A stretch of 64,000 nucleotides of DNA, taken from assembly GCA_965235115.1 (NCBI GenBank), contig OZ249436.1, positions 42,596,001 through 42,660,000 on the forward strand. The letters are read 5' to 3'. The position numbers and the translations under genes are program-made. The notes below the pieces were generated by a model. It saw only the letters and a program-made list of their open reading frames with translations. It was not told the origin of the DNA and made no database searches. Source of the stretch: Laetmonice hystrix. Lineage: Eukaryota. This document shows positions 37,001-50,336 of the stretch, piece by piece (position 1 is the first letter of the stretch; each line of letters opens with the position of its first letter).

Positions 37001-40000
37001 CCCCCCCCGCCCCTCCCCCGGGACCCCCAATATCCACACTCTATCTGATATGCTGGGTGCACACACAGACACACACGGCCTCAGGGTTCACAGTTCGATG
37101 CTGACACACAATCAGGGTGTTCATGCCCCAGCGTGCCCCCTGGCGGTGAAGTACTCCTCCAACGTTTGCCCACCTGAGATGTGGGCATTATGTTCAGACA
37201 GGCCCCGTCTCCCGCGCTCACCCTCTCCCCCTGTCCGCAAATACAACCGACATGTCTTTTTCAAATATTCATCTTATTGACAGTGTTTCTAGTTGCAGAT
37301 CCATTTTGAAATTTGAAAAACGTTTGGCAAGATAATCAACAGTTAATGTGTTTTTTTTTTATCAAACGGATCAATCATGGGTCGTTGTCGCCTCCTGTAT
37401 CGACTTGCCCCTTGAGGGTTCTCTTTACTCTGGTGCAAATAGATGAGTGAATCCACTGGGTTACGTTAATTCATCCCCAAATCAATTAGGTTTAATCTTT
37501 ATAGTGCTTACTTATTGAACGCATCACCGGTCTAGGCACTGTCACTTCAAGTGCTATGAAAAATCAAACCAAAATTGGTTGTCAGAAAGATTATTACGGC
37601 TAGTTGCACCATACGAATTCTACACCTTACCTTGGCTGATGGGGCGTCCCGTCCAACCTAACTGTTGATGTTGAGGTGTGACCCACAATACTACTGTCTC
37701 GTTAATTGAAACATGATGGCCCTTGGGTTCCCTACCCCAGGGCAGCACACGACATAGACAGACTTTCAGGCCAAACACATGTTTTGTGTATGTGGTCAGA
37801 ATTTTACGTCACCTGTCATTTGGGGCCAGCAGGCCATTCTGCGACCTTCACGGGAGCAGGAGGCCCCCGTAAGCTCACAAAATCCAGGTGAAATACATCG
37901 AGTATTCACAAGAGTGTATACAATGTTAACGACATTAAAAAATCCTCACGAATGAACTTTATATTTACCTGTCCCGAAAACATTGCGGTGTTGTTCCAGT
38001 TTCTAACAAGTAGTACAACACTTGACGCGATTTTTGCATCATCTGCCCTTCAGTCCTCAGCTATGATTGTCGGAACAGACGACCAGCACACAGTCTCAAT
38101 AATCGCGAACTAATACATATATTGTTGAGTCATTGTTAGTTAATGGAAAACAAAAGATATTATGCTCCGACTATCAGCTGTATTCAAGCTTTCAGAGAAA
38201 AAGGAGTCCGGAAAATGACAATGTTTGGGTTCCTGTTTGACAAGTCGAACATCGGACCAGTTGGATATCATATTTCATGTAAACACCGATAAGCTGTTAA
38301 CAACACCAACTTGTGTTCTCTTATTGTTTTGATTATTAATTTCAACTATGTTTAAACATCACCCTCCGAACTATAGCAGTGATAATTGTGCACCCCATGA
38401 CTTCTTCTTTGTCTACAACCTATAACTAAGGGCGAATGTATCGTTGGTGTGTGACCGAAGGGCCAACTCATTGAGAGAACGGAGCACGAGTGTGGCGCCT
38501 GCCGGATCTATCCTAAGGCCCTCCCCCTACACCAACCTCAGTCCTGCCCACTGATGACGTACTCGTTAATCATTGTACACCCTCCTCTCCTTACTCCCCT
38601 CCAGGAATGACGTGAATGCACACTAAATACATATTGATGCTCCCTGCCCTGGGTATATGTATGTATACCTGGAATATGTACAGCCCAAACTGGCACAAAG
38701 ACTGCAGTGTCCTCCTTCGGGACAACTTTCTGACCTGCCCACAACGTCTTCAACAGAAAGAGATTGAAAAAAACTTGCCAAACTACCACATTTGAGACAC
38801 AAAGGAAAAGGTTCTAATAACAACACACAGACAGAAACACACAAAGAAAAGAGATAAACGTTACAATTACAGGAGGAGCACGTCTGTCACTATATAGTTC
38901 TTGACTCGAGGGTCCTAACTGAATACCTTTATTTCAAAACCTGGTACAGTCAGCATTTTAGTGGGCTGTGAAGCAATGGAGAAAAGTATCCAGGCAAAAG
39001 TGAACGTAAATCTTTAGTTCCCCATCTTTAAACAAATATTTTCCACCACGCTCCAAAATTTGAAGTTGAACACTCCCAAATTGTGCTGTCTCCTGGGGGT
39101 TTGGGCCAAATTATAGTGATACATTCCATGGCGAAGTTTGCCCTTGTTATGCAAGAAGTCTAGCTTTTAAAGACCGACTTGACTGGTCCTTAATATTTGC
39201 ATTCCAGTCAGGATCCCGATGTATTATGAATTTTAGATTTTTTAATGGTGGGTTCTGTTTCATATGTTCAATTTTTAAAAACATGAAAAGGTCCTTACAC
39301 AACACAGAAAACGATTGTTGATGTCATGGACTGAGACGAAACACGCACCTGCACAAAGACTTGGCAAGATCATCGCCAGGTTACGTCGCCATGCTCTTTC
39401 TTGACGTAACACCCCCGTCGGCATCCAACAAGGACCTGTTGTACTTCACAACAAACACTTGGCCACTGCATGAATATCTTCCTTTACAATACACATGCTA
39501 CAGGCATGCCCACCTTAAAGGTCTCCATAGCATTTTGGACAGTAGACCTCAACACTTCGGCAACGTAAGCCTTATTATAGGCCTACATTTACCAATGGTT
39601 CACCGCAGTAAACAACACTTTTAACACGGTCCAGTCAAAGTACAAAGTGCCACAAAAACAATTTCGCGTAGCGAGAGTACCAGGTACATTCGATTCAAAC
39701 GGAATACTGCGACGTAACGTTCTTTGTGTAAGGTAGAAGGTGTCTTATCTTAGCCCAGCACTTCGGTGGTGCATACAATGACTTGGCCAGGCAGGTACAG
39801 GTCTAGGTATTTGGCAAGCAGGTCAAGGAAACATACCATTGACATGATGGTGCAATATGCCATGGGCATATGGCGAGAAATGATCATTAATGAGAATGTA
39901 ATTACAAGACACTTGGCAGGTGATAACAATCTTTCCATACGTAATTATGTGGTATCCCGGACATCATAGACTCAGTGTGACAGATTTCGGCTGACGCGTC

Positions 40001-41001
40001 TCTATGGCCTTTTTTACCATCGTAGACGTGTGCGTGTGCCAAGTAAAAGGTACCGCACATACTGGCAAGTAAAGCGAGCCCCAGAATGCCTTCTTATAAG
40101 CTTTTCCACAATTATTATAAATTCCTTAATCTTTATTAATCCGCCAAACCTTATTTTGTTGCAGCCCGTATTTTATAGTGATAGGTAACCTTAAGGTTTT
40201 TATGTACAGTACTTTTATCTGAGTTTTGTGAATAAACAAGAATATGAACCGCGACTGTCTGTTCCGTGACCTGATAAAACCTTTATCTCCACGCCCACTA
40301 AAATAAGCCCCTTTCATCCGGTACCGCTAGTATCTCATTTGTTTGGTACTTCTTTCAAAAGGAAGTCTGGGTCCGTAAAATCCATATTACCATCATCCAT
40401 CCGAGTTTAGCCCCCCTGCGTTACCCCTTTATGATGGCACCATCAATTCAGCCATCGTATAACCAAGAAACCCTAAATCTTCTGCCTTTTGGAAAATGGT
40501 AAACATTTTATGGCAGTCACCTGCGCGGATCAGTCTCTGGTTCCTTTGGATTCGTAGTTTATGGAACTTTCCCTTTAACCTCTGAGAGTGCATAAAGTCC
40601 TCTGACCACTGGCGATGGCGTCCTATTAATTTCACGGTCCGCCAGGAGTGGGGGTAAACGTAGCACAGGTGTGTGCCTTCCTTTGTACCGCCGTCCTCGT
40701 CTACTCTCCATTTCGGCGGCGCCCGCGCAGGCCGCCCCCACTCAGGCAGTTGGGCCCGTTAGCCCAGTTCCGTCAAGAAATGAGCGTCATCATCAAGGGA
40801 CGTGGACGGCCTGTTCTATTTATGGCTGGTCAGAACCCCAATTTGTATGACACCGGCGGCCTGCACGGCCCTCCCGGTGGATAGCGGTGTCTGGTTGTGA
40901 GGTCCACTGCTCACCCGCTGCTCCCCGGTCACTCATTCTGTTCATCCCACGATATTAGGTCTCACCAGTCTCACAGAAGGCTCGCTACTGTGTCCAAAAT
41001 G

Positions 41002-41196
41002 GAACTGCTCCTTGGTGAGCTTTGTCCGAAACAGGGACTGCTCCTTGGTGAGCTTTGTCCGAAACAGGGACTCTTCATTGGGGAGCTTTGTCCGAAACCG
41101 GGACTCTTCATTGGGGAGCTTTGTCCGAAACAGGAACTGTTCATTGATGGACTTTGTCCGAAACAAGAACTGTTTATTGGGGAGCAGTGCCTCAAA
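41002..41196. repeat. 33-bp minisatellite, ~6 copies
   Basis: Unit G(A/G)ACT(GC/CT)TC(C/A)TTGG(T/G)GAGCTTTGTCCGAAACAG, period 33. Confidence 0.92.
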
Positions 41197-44100
41197 CTGA
41201 ACCTTCAAATCAAGCGCAGCTATATAACACCTAACCACGACCATCCAATGAAGAAACTTTGTATAAATGCTAAAAATAATTACTGGCCATACAGGCAACT
41301 TGAAAACATAGACCTCGTCCGATTCCTCCAATTGGTGAACTGCCAGTAGGCCACTGACACTGATGAGAATTGCCATGGGGTTTTGGCGAGTGAAGGGGGG
41401 TGAGGGTGATGGGGCATCAAAGTGTGCCCAGCCAGCGTCAGAGGGGTAATTCTTTGCGAGGGGATGGGGGGTTAGTGCCCCACCTTTTGTCTGGCTGGAG
41501 ATCCCATCGGCATTATATGTCAGGACCACTAAGGTAAGCAGTGATAAATGTGCGCCCCAGACGAGGCTGGCCAGGTAGGAGGGACAGATGCAGGTGAGGT
41601 GGAACAGAAAACGAGTGATGTCTGGGGGTTCCCCCTCCCCCACCAACCCCACTCCCTCCGCCACCTTGCCCAGCGCTGACCCATTCAGTCCACACCACGC
41701 TATTTACCCGTAACAAATGACCAATTGTCCCACCTGAAACTGAAGTAAGTAAAAATAATGCCCTACATTTGGTATTGCCCCCGGCCTTACTCCTGACACG
41801 GAAATTGACATCCCTCGTCTCCGACCGTCAGTAACAAAACATGATAACGAAGCTGGCGCTGCAGAAATACAGTTGTAGACATCGACAGAAGGTGGTCTCT
41901 ATTCTTAACAAAATGTTAAGTCAGATAAATTTCAGGTGTGAGTAAGGAACGGAAGTCATCAGAGAGGGTCACTGACAGACATAATGATCATCATCGCCAA
42001 GGTTGTCTGTCCGGGCGATAATTTATAACCTCCTCCTCAAGAGTTCATGTTTACCTTTCCTCTGAAGTTATATCAAGCCAAGCCTCCCCTGTCCTCGTGT
42101 CTCCATTGATCTCAATGTATCCATGCCCAGGTGAGCACGTTAACTTAATCACCTTGCCCGGACTGTGACTTGGTGCTGGCAGCCAACACTGGACTCTTGA
42201 TGTATTGGAGAAACACGTGATAACCTGGTAGCATGGATCAGTGATCTCTCAAGTCTCTCTCCCCGATCTCTATCATCGCCGTTTCTCCCCATTGTCCTGG
42301 TCACTACGCTCAACCCTCCGCCGCCGTAGTAAAAACTGAATGACAACTGACCCGACTCACTGGCGGCGTGACCCCTGCACTGACACGAGAGACATCAACT
42401 GAACTTTCCCCGCTTTCTTCGACTTTGAATTCAAAGAGAAAATCCGCCAAGAATAATCGAGACACGGGACACTGAGGGGGCACCATACCGGATGCTGGTT
42501 CGCCCAGTCTGGATGCACTTTATCAATCAGCACACTATCAAACGGATAGGGGTATAGATTTCTTAGCCAGTGGCTACTGTTGGCAAACAAAACGGCTGTC
42601 AACTATGAATGGATGGTGTGCACTCTTCCGGGAGAAAAACTTCCGAAACCGGTCTAACATTTCCATGGGGAGGAGTCTATGGTCATATCCTGAGTCGATG
42701 AAGATTCAAAAAGAAAACATTTCAAGTAGGATGTTTTGCATGCTATCGACAGCGACATAGGATAACCGTAACACATTTTCTATGGGGTCCTGTATGGGTG
42801 TATTCAGTAATCCTCCTGATCTCCAGCTAATTTGGTACCGTGAATGACAGGTTTACACGTGCGGGGACAACCCCTTGCACCTGCTACATGTACCTAGCAA
42901 ACCGCCATGTGAGGACATCATTGAGCAACCTTTGACCCCTGAATATGCTATGAAGTTGAACCATCGTATCACCCCTCAGACACCCAGATGAGACTCAACA
43001 AGTGGTGAAGGTTTGTACCCAGTAACCAGCACGTCCCATGACCGTGCCCAGTTAACATGTAACAAGTCAAACCTCACCACATTTCTGCTGCAAGGGAGAA
43101 TACGTCAACCACTGCGATCGTTAAAATAATGAGTGACGCCGAACCTCATGACATAATGAAAAAGCCTCGGCTTACTGATGTTTATATAATTTATGAGAGT
43201 AAAGCAGCACACCAAATTATTTCTGTCTGAGTGGTATTTTAAAATGACACCAGAAGTTATTATATATGACTTGGCCAGGGGGGAGCCTTTTGGGTATAGT
43301 TCCTTTGTTCAGATCTTCAGTTACCTTCAGATTAGAGTTTGTCCTAATTACTAGTACCACTGATAACATTCACATTTTATTTTTATGTTGTTGATTCAGA
43401 GAACCATAATAACACAGTCATACTGATATAGCCGGGTGAATAACAAAGTGCGTTCCACAGGATACTTGTAGCAGTGCAGCAGATCTCTGAGCAGTCGAAC
43501 CACGCCAGGGGTATCCTGCAGGGGTGCGGCCCCCGCCCTATCGGCAGTACGTCAACTGAACTGACATCTGACAGCTGTCTGATAGCAGTGGGGTGATGTC
43601 AGCAGGCACCCCACCTGGGTCCGCCACCCTTACTCACCCCACCCCCGTCCTCACGGGGACCACCGTACCCCACAACAAGCCCTCCCACCACCCTGCCTAC
43701 CCACCAGACCTTTATTAATACAGCACACTTCCAGCTAAAAGCATACAGTGCCATCAGTCTATACGGGCAACAAGATCTTGTGGTCTAGCTATCTCCAAAT
43801 GCTGGAAGCAATGGTTGCTGTATCTGCAGTGAGCACCTGGGCAATAGGTGCCGTACACAGGTGCTCAGTGTGCAGGTGTGAACACCTCAACGGAAGACAA
43901 GGGAGGGTTTGTTGGGGAAATGTTTGCGGGGGGATACGAAGAAACAGCAGGTGTTGGGAATGGGGTAAATGTACTCACCCCAAACCGGGGATGACGTGTC
44001 TGACCAGCGATAATGTTCTATTGTATGTTCTATTGATATTACTTTTTTTTCTCCACATGATCGGGATTATGCTTTACTTGTCAGACTCAGAATAAATAAA

Positions 44101-47100
44101 TGAATCAGATGAATAAATGTAAGCAATCATTATAAATTTGTAATTCAATATATCTGTGTAACTTATAGCATGTTAAAATGGTCTTAACAAGACACATAGG
44201 GAACATGACGCGTCAACCCTCAGCGTTATTGGCTGAACTTACAAATAGTCACGATCTTCAAGCAGCAGGAGCTGTCTCCAGTGAATTACTGGTTGACATG
44301 AGGCCGGCTTGGAGTCCACCTGTTGGAGCAGCATGCTGAGTTCGGGTTATCATCTCGGGGTGTGGCTAGATGGAAACCCGGGTGTCCCCCTGAGAGGCCA
44401 GACAGAAGAGTCCTCAACACAGCCACAACACCTCCTCCCCCTCCTCCTCCCTCTAGTATCAGTCGGTGCTTCTCACCAACAAAAACGTCAATGTACATTT
44501 CCACGAAAACCCCGCAATAAATCTTTAATCCCGTCAGACAATATTTTATACCTTGTAAAATTTCAAATAAATTTTCTCAATGTTGCATACGTTTTCCAGG
44601 AATTCCTCATTCAGTTCGTTTAGTGAATGCAGGTCGATATAGCGCTTAAACATTGATAAGACTTCATCTCCTGCTATCGCTTCTAGGAAATCATGAGGAA
44701 AGACCCTACATGTAGGTTCCAATATCGCTTCAGTAAATTGAGAAATTACTTGGATAACAGGAATTCCTCACAGAATCCATCAAATTCTAGGATTTCCTGG
44801 CAGTTACTTTGAAGCTGGACGATATCATCTTGGGGTCCATAAACTGACCAATGGTCAAGAAGGCTAATGGCTCCCCTCCACCCCGGGCCAGTTTAGGATT
44901 CGTCCCCAGGAGGGGGTCCGACATGACTTTGATGTCCGCAGTCAGTCTGGCATTACCTGAGTTAGAACCCTCCAAATGGAACCAGACAGCTGGATGCTGT
45001 CAGACGTTAACAAGTTTGACTAATCACCAACATGTGCTGGACTGCGGGCAGAATTAAATTCTACTGATAAGCCACTTTCCACAATTTATGAGGACTGAAA
45101 TACCCGCGGTGGTTATTAATACCAGAAGATACTAGGCGACTCCAAAGTTTGTTTTAAACTTTTGTACTGTCATATAGATAGACCACTGCCACAGATTAAC
45201 TGGTTTTTTTCACGTTTCGCCTCTGAAATGGCTAAACACAAGGGTCCAAACACAAATGGCGAGAGTACGAATGGTTTTCTTGGAATCTCAATATGCCAGA
45301 CTTTTTCTTTTCACCATTCGACTGGCGTCTCAATCACTGAATGAGAAGACACTAGCTGTATTGCTAATCTGAATAACAAAAGCACTTGTGTCAAGGTTTA
45401 GTACTATGCTATGCTTGCGGGTCTCCTTTATGAAGAGTGTGACTAACAATCGCTACACACCTTTGTACAGTCATACTAGGACATACGACCTTGTCGCCAG
45501 GGGTCAAACCACAAACCACAAACAGACATAGATCCCGGTTTACAACCTCCCCCACCCAATACCAAGTGGTCAGTGGATGGTAGGCCCCTACCACGTATGA
45601 ATAACAATGTGTGACCTGCGTCTATCTACCTGTGTGTACCATTCAGATCAGTGATCCACTGGAGATAAACAACTGTCAACGTGTACGGATGTGAATATAT
45701 TCATCCAGGTCAACATGATCTTCACGTGACCACCGCAAACCGCTTGGCAGAGTTTGATCCCATGGGACCTGTTGACATGTCGTTGTGGCTAGCCGACCTT
45801 GGTTTTCCCGAGGCTACGTCAGGCCGACTGTGGTGGTGTTCCTGAAGTGATGCCTGTAGGGGGGACTGACCCGGTCAGCCCCGCTTGGACCCTGGCCAGG
45901 GTGTTCACGCACAATCTCAATGTACGCTCTCTACATTCATAACACCCTGCCAAAACTCCGTCCTCAGCCATCTCCTGTCCACGTACCAGGAACAGCACTG
46001 TTTCAGCAGCTGTTCCTGTCAAAATGTTCCGTGAAAGAACTTAAATATCTCTCCGGAATTAGGCTCGCTATTCCTGGCGGGTTGAGTCAGGCAGGGGGTA
46101 AACAGGCCGCTGGTCAGTCAAATGGCTCTGAGTCATGAGGGGGGAAACTGGTAAAGTCTTCCGTGGCCTCAGGCTACGTGTGGGGTGAAAGGGGTGCATG
46201 TGGTGTTGTTGACCGAATGTAGCGGATCCCTTGGTTCACTCAGTGACCCAGGTGTTACCTTAATGGTCATCTCTTACCATGGAATAACGGTGGTCAACTC
46301 GGGCTCTTGGGAACAGGATGCAATGATCTATCGGCCACCAATGGTCAATGAGTTCCGATATCTATAGATTCCATTCCGTACCCGGGTCGGGTGTGACTGG
46401 GTACGGTTCTATCATGGTCATGTGAGTCATAATACATTCAATCCTCAAAGGGGTTGTAACGGGAACGGGAACAGGATTCCAACCAAAGTTGCATGAAAGC
46501 ATTTCGTCTCTAACTGCTCTGAACAGTGATTGCTAATGTGCTGCCATTCATAGCATATCCTGGTTTGGTTAAGATGCTCATGCACCTGAATATAATTTCT
46601 GGGGGGAAATGGCTCTAGAATCCGGCTCCCTGACTTTTCTTTACAACGTTTTATACTCAAGTGAGTACCTCCTGTGAATATGTTAGCACCGAAAGTATGG
46701 TGGTACAGTCTACCCTTGGTCTCTCCAACAACTCCCTCCCCTTGACAGTTGTGCATTACGAGTGGCGGCCGGAGACGTTATAATGTTTAGAAACTTAACG
46801 AGTTGTTTGTAGACAATAAGTCGGGAGTGGCTTACTGTATAAATAATGACTGCCTGCCAGGATGGAGGCCCTGTTTCTGCAGGGCCACCTGTTTCAATGA
46901 AAGTCAACAGACTTCTGCCCCGTTGAATACAACACTGCAAGAGTCGGGGTGTTGCCTTCCGTTCCTAGGAGGCAGAAGTGTGAAGTTTGTATTAACTTTC
47001 ATTCTGCCACTTGACAGGAACAATCAGGCAGGCTGGGTCAGTTACAGGAACCCCTGTGGGTGAGGACCCCGTTACTGCCCTCAGCGGCGATCCGAGCGCC

Positions 47101-49805
47101 CTGGCCTTGAAAACCCCTTGACCTTTGGTGGCTGTGGAGCGGCTCATGATAATGGTGGCAGAGAGGGAAAAGGGCCTGCGGAGTCCTGAGCCAGAACTCA
47201 CGGGAGAGAATCCGACCTTGCCCCCTGGCAAGGGACTGTACGCTCCCCGTCAGAGTTCACCAGTACGGCGGTCCCGGATCACCCTACAGGCTCTGATAGT
47301 GGTCCCCGGTCAACCCCACCTGTAAACATGGCCACCTCACTGTTTGGGATGAGGGCACCTGTATGGTGCTCACCTTGTAATAGCTATGAACGGCACAAAT
47401 GCACCTGCTTCCAGGTACGGTTACAAAACTGTAGGGGCTTGACCTGACGATGGCCCTCTACCATCCACAGGTCCAAAGTGACCTTCGTACATACTTATTA
47501 TGACATGTCCAATGATTTAAAAGAAGTACTACATTTCTGACATGAACAAGATCATGAATTCTGCCTCAAATTTCAAATCAAATGTCATCTAAACATTCAG
47601 CAAAACACCAGCGTGTACTATACTTCCTGATCGAGCATAATGAAACCATTATTCAACTGAATCAGCAAATATGTCCCATCAATTACTGTCTTCCTTGATA
47701 ACACAAATATCAAGTTACCAAGCCTCTAAGAATTGCCCACCATCTGTTTATATAATCATTGCTTAGTGCCATATGGATGCCAGTTAGGGGGTCCCCCTGC
47801 CCTTTTGACCCTCTAAATGGTACGACTGTTGACTTGCAGTGGGCAAACAGCGGCTCCACCACACAGGCGGATAACATCAGCGAGTAACCGTGGCTGACCA
47901 ACTCTGCTATCTCTGGAGAGATCTTTGTGGAGTTCAGCCAACAGATCTGATTCTAGCTTCAATTCATTTGTCAACACCTCTTTGATCCTTACGTCTCAGT
48001 CAGAAATAAGATGTGAGGTAGTATCTTAATTGGCCTAAAAAAATTGACCATAGAAAAGGTCCAAGTGAGACCGACGGAGGCTCACGGGACAGTCGCCAAG
48101 GACAATGGCATCGATGCCAAGATAAAACTTACAGTGCCCTTTAATGAGTGGTAATAAGTCCTCACTTACTGTTTTATAAAGCAACATCAAATCACAAAGA
48201 TCCCCAAAAGGCAATACATTTAGGCTAGATCTATGTAAAATGTGCTTACATGACCTCTAGATTTACACAAGAAGCGTCTTCGCCAGAGGCTGTAAACGGT
48301 TTTGCAACTTCTCACATTTATTTGCATGCAAGTAGATGAGGCATGTGGACTGTTGTAAGGCCGACAATTACCATGTATCTAATGCTTGAACCTCCCCAAT
48401 CCAGGCTTGGTCCATGGGCAAGCGTGTAGAACTTGAAAAGGGTGTTTCCCTTATTCAACTAGGGCAACAAGTGTCAGAAAGTGGGGCAGATCTGGCTTGG
48501 CGGCGCGAAAGGACACCAAGCAGTGCGACACTTGTGACACGTGTGTAGTGTTAGTGCCTGGGCAGACCAGAAATCGGGGCGCCTGGATCGGGACCATATA
48601 TTACACCACCGGTGGGGAGGAGGTGGGGACGGGGGGGGGGTGTTTGGGGTCGTCTGGGCTGTTCGTAGCGTCAACCCAAGTGTCGAGTTGCGTCGTTGGC
48701 TGTGGGCAAGATGCAGAACGGCAAGGAACATTCCTGCCAGTCACTGCCTCGGAACATCATAAAGTGTATTCTTGATGAAGAGGACGCTAGAACCGGTAAC
48801 TGCGCATTATTACCTCTGTTGGAGCTGAAGTTACGCACTCAGGTGATGAGGCCCGCCAACACATACCACTTATGTCCATCACCTTAGAAACCACAACTAT
48901 GTCGAGTCCCTCCGTTCTTAAAACGCCATGATGCATATCCTTGAAGTGTTGCACCGAAAAGAGCCGTTATAACCAGATTACAAGAAAACCTAAATAATTA
49001 TACAGTACACCTTCATAGCTGTATAAATTCCTCAAACCTGTAAAGTGTGAATAATCATATGTAAGACGTTGTGTTTCATAAATCAAACAACCCAAGTACA
49101 CACTCCTTGGTGCTTTAAAAGCCTGTCCTACATGTCATTCAGTGAAAGAACTCCTTGCGAGTTACTTCGGAGGAATTGCCTTGACAGATGAGTGTTATCA
49201 GCGACACTATGGCCACCAGTCGGGTGCCTTTACCGAAAAAAACCCTGGAATTCCAGGGGTCACAATATGCCTTGGTGCCATATATCACCCAGAAGACTGA
49301 AGAGGTTAATCTAAAGGGTCGGACATCCCTTCAGCAACCTTATCATCGCCACTTTTTGTATTTAGAAATCTTTCCGAGAAAAACATTGACATTTTAAACT
49401 GGAGGAAATCTAGTAGCCATAAATCTACCAGAACCTTCGCGATGTTTACTCATGCTGATAATCTAAAATGTCAGTACACTACAATGGCATTTAAAACGTA
49501 ATAGATAAGACAACTAAACCCCTATTATTTTGGACTATTGAGGACTTTTTTGAGCTTAAACTTATCTGTTGTTCTTGTAGCTCTATGATGAAGGGAAGTG
49601 TACATAATGTAATGAAATATCGAGTCCTGGGTCCGGTTTGAAAACCCCTCTGAAACGGCAAGATTCTTGCTGTAGCTGAAATAACACTTCTGATTGACTC
49701 CCTGCTTCGAGCAGCCAATCAGAAGTAAGATCTTACGGTTTAAAAAGGTCCCTTGAAAATAACGAGGAAGACGGGGGCAATAGATGTGTAGGTTCGGGAT
49801 CTCAC

Positions 49806-49998
49806 CTGTACGGCACTGTTGAGGAAGCAGTTGTTGTCTCCAGGTGCATTCATTAGTCCCTTGGTGCTCGTCAGGGACATGGAGAGACGCGGGTTCCACA
49901 TCTCCCGCCAGTTGGCCATCCTGTCGAGATGCGACAGCGAAACCATCATGTCACAGTTATTGTCAACTTCATCTTCGTCCTTTCCCGTACTTCCACCC
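49806..49998 (-). CDS. USP54: USP53/USP54-family deubiquitinase, Cys-box exon
   Basis: Acceptor ttgttttttcag, donor CAG|gtgag. Open frame GGSTGKDEDEVDNNCD-MMVSLSHLDRMANWREMWNPRLSMSLTSTKGLMNAPGDNNCFLNSAVQ matches the USP53/54 motif KGLxNxPGxNxCFLNSAxQ. Possible starts at 49949/49946, or the frame continues from an upstream phase-2 exon. Probably co-orthologous to vertebrate USP53 and USP54. Confidence 0.95.
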
Positions 49999-50119
49999 CT
50001 GAAAAAACAAAGTCATAGCATCAAGACACTCTCCGAGACAGGTAATTTAATGCCATCATTAGCTTGTCATGCATACTGATGAGAATATTTTACAGCATCT
50101 ATAACCCTGTATCTGATCT

Positions 50120-50336
50120 TGTAGAGTCGATTACTGCTTCCTGAAATTGAAACTCTGATTGGATGAGAAACACTCCTTTGTACAATCGATGACTGTTCCA
50201 TGAAACTGATTGGATGATGAACACTCCAATGTACAATCGATGACTGTTCCCTAAAAATTGATTGGATGAGGAACACTCCAATGTACAATCGATGACGGCT
50301 CCCTGAAACTGATTGGATGACGAATACTCCAATGTA
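50120..50336. repeat. ~51-52-bp tandem repeat, ~4 copies
   Basis: Unit TACAATCGATGACTGTTCC..AAACTGATTGGATGA..AACACTCCAATG, with starts at 50181, 50232 and 50284 plus a degenerate first copy. Confidence 0.9.

Noticed and set aside
40942..41664. 240-aa minus-strand ORF, the longest in the window
   Set aside because: Its length is inflated by the stop-free 33-bp repeat. No recognisable domain or convincing exon boundaries.
43970..44030. Strong minus-strand donor GGG|gtgagt
   Set aside because: No in-frame ATG before an upstream stop. It illustrates the background rate of donor-like motifs.
49740..49805. C-terminal part of ORF 49740-49949 (VRSRTYTS...)
   Set aside because: Read-through into the intron past the CAG|gtgag donor. 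Homology continues at 17727.
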